Shown piece by piece: positions 56,855 through 64,000 of a stretch of 64,000 bases of DNA (the first letter of the stretch is position 1; each line of letters opens with the position of its first letter). The notes under the pieces were generated by a model, which did no database searches, was not told the DNA's origin, and was given only the letters and a program-made list of their open reading frames with translations. This stretch comes from Alistipes sp. (GTDB taxonomy: Bacteria > Bacteroidota > Bacteroidia > Bacteroidales > Rikenellaceae), in NCBI GenBank assembly GCA_017398045.1, contig JAFQHI010000026.1, positions 99,513 through 163,512 of the forward strand. Reading direction: 5' to 3'. The position numbers were made by a program, and so were the translations under genes.

Positions 56855-59800
56855 ATGTCCACAACAAACAAACAAACTAGAACGAGCTTCTCCACCGTGA
56901 AGAATCGGGTGCCTTATCCCGATTTGCTGGAGGTGCAGCTCAAATCGTTCCGTGACTTCTTCCAGATGGACACGACGGCCGAGAATCGTAAAAACGAGGG
57001 GCTGTACAAGGTCTTCCAGGAGAACTTCCCTATCACGGACACCCGGAACAACTTCGTTCTGGAGTTTATCGACTACTACATTGACCCGCCCCGCTACACG
57101 ATTGAGGAGTGTCTGGAGCGCGGTTTGACCTACAGCGTACCCCTCAAGGCGAAGCTGAAGCTCTACTGTACGGACGACGAGCATGAGGATTTCGGCGTAC
57201 AGGTACAGGATGTCTATTTCGGTCAGATTCCCTACATGACCGAGCGCGGTACGTTCGTTATCAATGGTGCCGAGCGCGTGATTGTTTCGCAGCTGCACCG
57301 CTCGCCGGGTGTATTCTTCGGCCAGAGCATGCACACGAACGGCACGAAGCTCTACTCGGCACGTATCATCCCCTTCAAGGGTTCGTGGATTGAATTCGCC
57401 ACGGATATCAACAACGTGATGTATGCCTACATCGACCGTAAGAAGAAGTTGCCCGTAACGACGCTGTTGCGTGCCATCGGCTTCGAGGCTGACCAGCAGA
57501 TTCTCGAAATCTTCGACCTGGCCGATGAGGTGAAGGTGACGAAGGCCAACCTTAAGAAGGCCGTAGGCCGCAAGCTCGCAGCCCGTGTGCTGACGACCTG
57601 GGTCGAGGACTTCGTTGATGAGGATACGGGTGAGGTCGTATCGATTGAGCGTAACAACGTGATTGTTGACCGCGAGACGGTACTCGAGGAGGAGCATATC
57701 GAGCAGATTCTGGAGAGCGGCACGAAGTCGATTCTGCTGCACAAGGAGAATGCTTCGGGTATCGACTTCTCGATTATCTACAACACGTTGCAGAAGGACC
57801 CCTGCAACTCTGAAAAGGAGGCTGTGGTCTATATCTACAGACAGCTGCGCGCTTCGGAGCCGCCTGATGAGGCAACGGCTCGTGACGTGATTGAGAAGCT
57901 CTTCTTCTCGGATAAGCGTTACGACCTGGGTGATGTGGGTCGCTACCGCATCAACAAGAAGCTCAACATGGAGATTGACCCCGCGATTCGTACCCTGACG
58001 CGCGAGGATATCATCGCCATCATCAAATACCTGATTCAGCTCATCAACTCGAAGGCCGAGGTGGATGATATCGACCACTTGTCGAATCGTCGTGTCCGCA
58101 CGGTAGGCGAGCAGCTTTCGAATCAGTTCTCGATTGGTTTCGTGCGTATGGCTCGCACGATTCGTGAGCGTATGAACGTGCGCGACAACGAGGTCTTCAC
58201 CCCCGTTGAGTTGATTAACGCCAAGACCTTGTCGTCGGTTATCAACTCGTTCTTCGGTACCTCGCAGCTCTCGCAGTTCATGGACCAGATTAACCCGCTG
58301 GCCGAGATTACGCACAAGCGTCGTCTGTCGGCCCTGGGTCCCGGTGGTCTGTCGCGTGACCGTGCCGGTTTCGAGGTGCGTGACGTACACTACACGCACT
58401 ACGGCCGTCTCTGCCCGATTGAGTCGCCCGAGGGTCCCAACATCGGTCTGATTTCGTCGCTCTGCGTCTATGCCAAGATTTCGCCCATGGGCTTCATCGA
58501 GACCCCCTACCGCACGGTAGAGAACGGCAAGATTGACATGGACAACTCGCACGTGCGCTACTACACGGCCGAGGAGGAGGAGGGTAAGATTGTCGCCCAG
58601 TCGAATATGCCGATTGACGACGAGGGTAACTTCCTGCAGCCGGAGCGTATCAAGGCGCGTGAGGGTGCCGACTTCCCCGTGGTAACAGCCCAGGATGTGG
58701 ATTTGATGGACGTGGCTCCCAACCAGATTGCTTCGGTGGCCGCTTCGCTGATTCCCTTCCTCGAGCATGACGACGCCAACCGCGCCCTGATGGGTTCGAA
58801 CATGATGCGTCAGGCTGTGCCTCTGGTAACGACCGAGGCTCCGATTGTCGGTACGGGTATGGAGAAGGAGATGGTATCCGACAGCCGCATTCAGATTGTA
58901 GCCGAGGGCAATGGTGTGGTAACCTTTGCCGATGCTACGAAGATTCAGATTAAGTACGACCGCACGGAGGACGAGATTTTGGCCTCGTTCGAGCCGGAGG
59001 TTACGACCTACGAGCTGCCGCGCTACCGTCGTACGAACCAGAATACCTCGATTACCCTGACGCCGACCGTCCTGACGGGCGATAAGGTGATGAAGGGCCA
59101 GATTCTTACCGAGGGTTATTCGACCGAGAAGGGCGAGTTGGCCCTGGGTCGCAACCTGAAGGTGGCCTTCATGCCCTGGAAGGGTTACAACTTCGAGGAT
59201 GCCATCGTGATTTCGGAGCGTATCCAGCGTGAGGACCTCTTCACGTCGGTACACGTCGATGAGTACATCATGGAGGTGCGCGACACGAAGCGTGGTGTCG
59301 AGGAGCTGACGTCGGATATTCCGAACGTGAGCGAGGACGCTACGAAGGATTTGGATGCCAACGGTATCATCCGCATCGGTGCTGTCGTGAATCCGGGTGA
59401 CATCATGATTGGTAAGATTACCCCGAAGGGTGAGAGTGACCCCTCGCCCGAGGAGAAGCTCTTGCGCGCCATCTTTGGTGACAAGGCCGGTGATGTGAAG
59501 GATGCTTCGCTCAAGGCGCAGCCCTCGTTGCACGGTGTGGTGATTGATACGAAGCTCTACAGCCGTGCCAACAAGGATTCGTCGAAGAAGGGCAAGACGG
59601 CCGAGAAGGCCCAGCTCGAGAAGATTGACGAGCGTTTTGCACAGCAGATTCACGAGCTGACGAAGCGTCTGGTGCAGAAGCTTTGGACCCTGTTGCAGGG
59701 CAAGACGACGAAGGGTATCTACGACTACTTCGGCGTGGAGCTGTATGGCGCAGGTACGAAGTTCACGCAGAAGATGCTCGAGGAGATTGGTAAGCGCGTG

Positions 59801-60718
59801 ACGGACGAGAAGACGGGTGTCGTATCGGGCTATTTGAGCCTCGGCCCCTGCAAGTGGACCGACGAGGAGCATACCGATGCCCTGATTGAGAAGACGATTA
59901 ACAACTACATCATCGAGTGGAAGAAGGCCGATGCCGCCATCAAGCGTGAGAAGTACAACCTCACGAATGGCGACGAGCTGCCGCAGACGGGTGTTATCCA
60001 GATGGCCAAGGTCTATATCGCCAAGAAGCGTAAGCTGAAGGTGGGTGATAAGATGGCCGGTCGTCACGGTAACAAGGGTATCGTTGCGAAGATTGTTCGC
60101 GACGAGGATATGCCCTTCCTCGAGGATGGTACGATTGTCGATATCTGTCTGAACCCGCTGGGTGTGCCTTCGCGTATGAACCTCGGTCAGATTTACGAGA
60201 CGGTGCTTGGTTGGGCCGGTCGTGAGCTGGGTATGAAGTTCGCAACGCCGATTTTCGATGGTGCATCGCTCGACCAAATCAACGAGTACACGGCCGAGGC
60301 CGGTATCCCGCACAGCGGCCGCACCTACCTCTACGATGGTGGTACGGGTGAGATGTTCGACCAGCCTGCTACGGTGGGTGTGATTTATATGCTCAAGCTG
60401 GGCCACATGATTGACGACAAGATGCACGCTCGTTCGATTGGTCCCTACTCGCTCATTACGCAGCAGCCGCTGGGTGGTAAGGCCCAGTTCGGTGGTCAGC
60501 GTTTTGGTGAGATGGAGGTTTGGGCCCTGGAGGGCTTCGGTGCCGCCAACATCCTGCAAGAGATTCTGACCATCAAGTCGGATGATGTGATGGGACGTGC
60601 CAAGGCTTACGAGGCTATCGTGAAGGGTGAGAACCTGCCCAAGCCGGGTATTCCGGAGGCTATGAACGTGCTGCTGCACGAGTTGCGCGGTCTGGCACTT
60701 TCGGTCAAACTCGAGTAA
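56855..60718 (+). CDS. rpoB: RNA polymerase beta subunit
   Basis: [54 protein letters not shown]. Confidence 0.99.
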   Translation: MSTTNKQTRTSFSTVKNRVPYPDLLEVQLKSFRDFFQMDTTAENRKNEGLYKVFQENFPITDTRNNFVLEFIDYYIDPPRYTIEECLERGLTYSVPLKAKLKLYCTDDEHEDFGVQVQDVYFGQIPYMTERGTFVINGAERVIVSQLHRSPGVFFGQSMHTNGTKLYSARIIPFKGSWIEFATDINNVMYAYIDRKKKLPVTTLLRAIGFEADQQILEIFDLADEVKVTKANLKKAVGRKLAARVLTTWVEDFVDEDTGEVVSIERNNVIVDRETVLEEEHIEQILESGTKSILLHKENASGIDFSIIYNTLQKDPCNSEKEAVVYIYRQLRASEPPDEATARDVIEKLFFSDKRYDLGDVGRYRINKKLNMEIDPAIRTLTREDIIAIIKYLIQLINSKAEVDDIDHLSNRRVRTVGEQLSNQFSIGFVRMARTIRERMNVRDNEVFTPVELINAKTLSSVINSFFGTSQLSQFMDQINPLAEITHKRRLSALGPGGLSRDRAGFEVRDVHYTHYGRLCPIESPEGPNIGLISSLCVYAKISPMGFIETPYRTVENGKIDMDNSHVRYYTAEEEEGKIVAQSNMPIDDEGNFLQPERIKAREGADFPVVTAQDVDLMDVAPNQIASVAASLIPFLEHDDANRALMGSNMMRQAVPLVTTEAPIVGTGMEKEMVSDSRIQIVAEGNGVVTFADATKIQIKYDRTEDEILASFEPEVTTYELPRYRRTNQNTSITLTPTVLTGDKVMKGQILTEGYSTEKGELALGRNLKVAFMPWKGYNFEDAIVISERIQREDLFTSVHVDEYIMEVRDTKRGVEELTSDIPNVSEDATKDLDANGIIRIGAVVNPGDIMIGKITPKGESDPSPEEKLLRAIFGDKAGDVKDASLKAQPSLHGVVIDTKLYSRANKDSSKKGKTAEKAQLEKIDERFAQQIHELTKRLVQKLWTLLQGKTTKGIYDYFGVELYGAGTKFTQKMLEEIGKRVTDEKTGVVSGYLSLGPCKWTDEEHTDALIEKTINNYIIEWKKADAAIKREKYNLTNGDELPQTGVIQMAKVYIAKKRKLKVGDKMAGRHGNKGIVAKIVRDEDMPFLEDGTIVDICLNPLGVPSRMNLGQIYETVLGWAGRELGMKFATPIFDGASLDQINEYTAEAGIPHSGRTYLYDGGTGEMFDQPATVGVIYMLKLGHMIDDKMHARSIGPYSLITQQPLGGKAQFGGQRFGEMEVWALEGFGAANILQEILTIKSDDVMGRAKAYEAIVKGENLPKPGIPEAMNVLLHELRGLALSVKLE

Positions 60719-60759
60719 AGTAAGGTATATACGTTGAACAGCAAAAACTGAAAAGAGAT

Positions 60760-63700
60760 ATGTCATTTACCAAAGACAATAAATCGAATCACGGCTACAA
60801 TACGATTTCGATTGGTTTGGCTTCGCCCGAAGAGATTCTGGCCCAGTCGAGCGGCGAGGTCTTGAAGCCGGAGACCATCAACTACCGTACCTACAAGCCC
60901 GAGCGCGACGGTCTGTTCTGCGAGCGTATTTTCGGCCCCGTGAAGGACTATGAGTGCCACTGCGGTAAGTACAAGCGTATCCGTTATAAGGGTATCGTCT
61001 GCGACCGATGCGGTGTGGAGGTGACCGAGAAGAAGGTGCGTCGTGAGCGCATGGGTCACATCTCGCTCGTTGTGCCGGTAGTACACATTTGGTATTTCAA
61101 ATCGCTCCCCTCGAAGATTGGTTACCTGCTGGGTATTCCGTCGAAGAAGCTGGAGTCGATTATCTACTACGAGCGTTACGTGGTGATTCAGGCCGGTGCC
61201 GCGCAGGAGCAGGGCATTGAGCGTCTGGCTACCCTCTCGGAGAAGGAGTACCTCGATGTTATCGATGCACTTCCGAAGGGCAACCAGCAGCTGCCGGATG
61301 AGGACCCCAACAAGTTCATCGCCCAGATGGGTGCCGAGGCTGTGCTGACGCTGCTGAAGCAGGTGGACCTCGATACGATGTCGTACCAGTTGCGTGACCG
61401 CGCTTCGCGCGAGTCGTCGCAGCAGCGTAAGGCCGAGGCCCTGAAGCAGTTGAACGTGGTGGAGATGTTCCGTGCATCGCGCGAGGTGAACCGTCCCGAG
61501 TGGATGGTGCTGAGCGTCATTCCGGTGATTCCGCCCGAATTGCGTCCGCTCGTGCCGCTGGATGGCGGTCGCTTCGCTACGTCGGATTTGAACGATTTGT
61601 ATCGTCGCGTGATTATCCGCAACAACCGTCTGAAGCGTCTGATTGAGATTAAGGCTCCGGATGTAATTCTCAGAAACGAGAAGCGTATGTTGCAGGAGGC
61701 TGTCGATTCGCTGTTGGATAACTCGCGTAAGAGCAACGCCGTGAAGAACGAGTCGAACCGTCCGTTGAAGTCGCTTTCGGACTCGCTCAAGGGTAAGCAG
61801 GGTCGCTTCCGTCAGAACCTTTTGGGTAAGCGTGTCGATTACTCGGCCCGTTCGGTTATCGTCGTAGGCCCCGAGCTGAAGATGCACGAGATGGGTATTC
61901 CGAAGGATATGGCAGCCGAGCTGTACAAGCCCTTCATTATCCGTAAGCTTATCGAGCGCGGTATTGTGAAGACGGTGAAGTCGGCCAAGAAGATTATCGA
62001 CAGAAAGGACCCCGTGATTTGGGGTATTCTGGAGAATGTCATCAAGGGTCACCCCGTGCTGATGAACCGCGCCCCGACGCTGCACCGTCTGGGTATTCAG
62101 GCCTTCCAGCCGAAGCTCATCGAGGGTAAGGCAATGCAGCTGCACCCGCTGGCTTGTACGGCCTTCAACGCCGACTTCGACGGTGACCAGATGGCAGTAC
62201 ACCTCCCGCTGGGTAATGCCGCTATTTTGGAGGCCCAGCTGCTGATGCTCGGTTCGCACAACGTACTCAACCCCGCGAACGGTGCGCCTATTACGGTGCC
62301 TTCGCAGGATATGGTCTTGGGTCTTTACTACATCACCAAGCCCCGCAAGGGTGTGAAGGGTGAGGGTCTGACGTTCTACGGCCCGGAGGAGGCGATTATC
62401 GCCTACAACGAGGGTCGTGCCGACCTCCACGCTGTGGTGAAGTGTATGGTCGAGGACCTCGACGAGGCGGGCAACCGCGTACAGGTGCTGAAGGAGACGA
62501 CCGTAGGTCGCATCCTCTTCAACCAGAAGGTTCCCAGCGAGGTGGGTTACATCAACGAGGTGCTGACGAAGCGTTCGTTGCGTGACATTATTTCGCTGGT
62601 GATGAAGAAGGCCGGTGCCGACAAGGTGGCCGCTTTCTTGGATGATATCAAGAACATGGGTTACCAGATGGCCTTCCAGGGCGGTCTGTCGTTCAACCTC
62701 GATGCCGTGATTATCCCGAAGGAGAAGGAGGCATTGGTACAGGAGGGCTACGAGCGTGCGGATGCCATCATGGATGACTATAACATGGGTCTTATTACGA
62801 ACAACGAGCGTTACAACCAGATTATCGACGTATGGACGAACATCAATACGAAGCTGACGAAGGTGGTAATCGACACCCTGATTAAGGATGAGGACGGTTT
62901 CAACCCCGTTTACATGATGCTTGACTCGGGTGCTCGTGGTTCGAAGGAGCAGATTCGACAGCTCAGCGGTATGCGTGGTCTGATGGCCAAGCCGCAGAAG
63001 TCGGGTGTTGAGGGTGGCCAGCAGGTTATCGAGAACCCGATTCTCTCGAACTTTAAGGAGGGTCTGTCGGTGCTTGAGTACTTTATCTCGACGCACGGTG
63101 CCCGTAAGGGCCTTGCCGATACCGCCTTGAAGACGGCCGACGCCGGTTACCTGACGCGTCGTCTGGTGGATGTGGCACAGGACGTGATTATCAACGAGGA
63201 GGACTGCGGCACGCTGCGTGGTTTGACGGCTACGGCCATCAAGCGCAACGACGATGTGGTACAGACGCTCTACGACCGCATCCTGGGTCGCACGGCTCTG
63301 AACGACGTGATTCACCCGCTCACGGGCGAGGTGCTTTGCGCTGCCGGTCAGGAGATTACGGAGGCTATTGCCGAGGCTATCGAGAAGTCGCCGCTCGAGT
63401 CGGTTGAGATTCGTTCGGTGCTGACCTGCGAGTCGCGCCACGGTGTCTGCGCCAAGTGCTACGGCCGCAACCTGGCTACGGCACGCATGGTCCAGAAGGG
63501 TGAGGTTGTCGGTGTAATCGCTGCCCAGTCGATTGGTGAGCCGGGTACGCAGCTGACGCTTCGTACGTTCCACGTCGGTGGTGTGGCCGGTGGTACGGCC
63601 GTGGAGACCAACGTGGTTTCGAAGTATGAGGGTCGCCTCGAGATTGAAGAGTTGCGCACGATTAAGAGCAAGAACAACATGGGTGAGCCGATTGACCTGG

Positions 63701-64000
63701 TTATTTCGCGCCAGTCGGAGTTCCGCATTGTTGACCCCAAGACCGAGATTGTTCTCTACACGCACGCACTGCCCTATGGTGCTACCCTCTACAAGCAGGA
63801 TGGTGCCGAGATTAAGAAGGGCGATATGATTTGCGAGTGGGACCCCTACAACGCCGTTATCATCTCGGAGCATGACGGTAAGGTTGTCTATGACAGCGTT
63901 ATCGAGGGTGTTACCTACCGCGAGGAGCGTGACGAGCAGACGGGTCTGTCGGAGAAGGTTGTTATCGAGTCGAAGGACAAGACCAAGAACCCCGTCATCA
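60760..64000 (+). CDS. rpoC: RNA polymerase beta' subunit; 3' end runs off the window
   Basis: MSFTKDNK...[36 protein letters not shown]. Confidence 0.99.
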   Translation, partial: MSFTKDNKSNHGYNTISIGLASPEEILAQSSGEVLKPETINYRTYKPERDGLFCERIFGPVKDYECHCGKYKRIRYKGIVCDRCGVEVTEKKVRRERMGHISLVVPVVHIWYFKSLPSKIGYLLGIPSKKLESIIYYERYVVIQAGAAQEQGIERLATLSEKEYLDVIDALPKGNQQLPDEDPNKFIAQMGAEAVLTLLKQVDLDTMSYQLRDRASRESSQQRKAEALKQLNVVEMFRASREVNRPEWMVLSVIPVIPPELRPLVPLDGGRFATSDLNDLYRRVIIRNNRLKRLIEIKAPDVILRNEKRMLQEAVDSLLDNSRKSNAVKNESNRPLKSLSDSLKGKQGRFRQNLLGKRVDYSARSVIVVGPELKMHEMGIPKDMAAELYKPFIIRKLIERGIVKTVKSAKKIIDRKDPVIWGILENVIKGHPVLMNRAPTLHRLGIQAFQPKLIEGKAMQLHPLACTAFNADFDGDQMAVHLPLGNAAILEAQLLMLGSHNVLNPANGAPITVPSQDMVLGLYYITKPRKGVKGEGLTFYGPEEAIIAYNEGRADLHAVVKCMVEDLDEAGNRVQVLKETTVGRILFNQKVPSEVGYINEVLTKRSLRDIISLVMKKAGADKVAAFLDDIKNMGYQMAFQGGLSFNLDAVIIPKEKEALVQEGYERADAIMDDYNMGLITNNERYNQIIDVWTNINTKLTKVVIDTLIKDEDGFNPVYMMLDSGARGSKEQIRQLSGMRGLMAKPQKSGVEGGQQVIENPILSNFKEGLSVLEYFISTHGARKGLADTALKTADAGYLTRRLVDVAQDVIINEEDCGTLRGLTATAIKRNDDVVQTLYDRILGRTALNDVIHPLTGEVLCAAGQEITEAIAEAIEKSPLESVEIRSVLTCESRHGVCAKCYGRNLATARMVQKGEVVGVIAAQSIGEPGTQLTLRTFHVGGVAGGTAVETNVVSKYEGRLEIEELRTIKSKNNMGEPIDLVISRQSEFRIVDPKTEIVLYTHALPYGATLYKQDGAEIKKGDMICEWDPYNAVIISEHDGKVVYDSVIEGVTYREERDEQTGLSEKVVIESKDKTKNPVI

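Overview
GC-rich Bacteroidales genome segment, most consistent with Rikenellaceae/Alistipes-like DNA (Bacteroidetes TAnnTTTG promoters, SusC/SusD pair, type V pilin-like gene). The backbone is housekeeping: 5'-nucleotidase (partial), uridine kinase-family, gcvP, two OmpA paralogues, class II RNR nrdJ, ridA, mlaFE, purB, DAHP synthase/chorismate mutase plus prephenate dehydratase, GH20, Kdo-kinase-like, uxuAB, eno, rpmE, susCD, then tRNA-Thr/Tyr/Gly-tuf-tRNA-Trp-secE-nusG-rplKAJL-rpoB-rpoC (partial). Accessory parts: (1) An AT-rich ~13 kb island beside tRNA-Ser, bounded by 105-bp direct repeats, carrying a TonB receptor/DUF4876/DUF6850/PepSY/ABC/DUF4857 operon, a hemerythrin-LuxR regulator and three broken mobility genes. 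(2) A DUF1566-like gene whose last ~30 codons look like a DGR variable region. (3) A pilin-PI-PLC fusion with an upstream 59-aa peptide and a 175-bp triplication at its 3' end. (4) A four-helix-bundle gene flanked by 80-bp direct repeats built of 10-bp-phased TTAAG units, which also occur as gene-less arrays elsewhere in the window. An unannotated Phe/Tyr-rich attenuator leader precedes pheA. All family assignments come from motif recognition by eye; no database searches were run.
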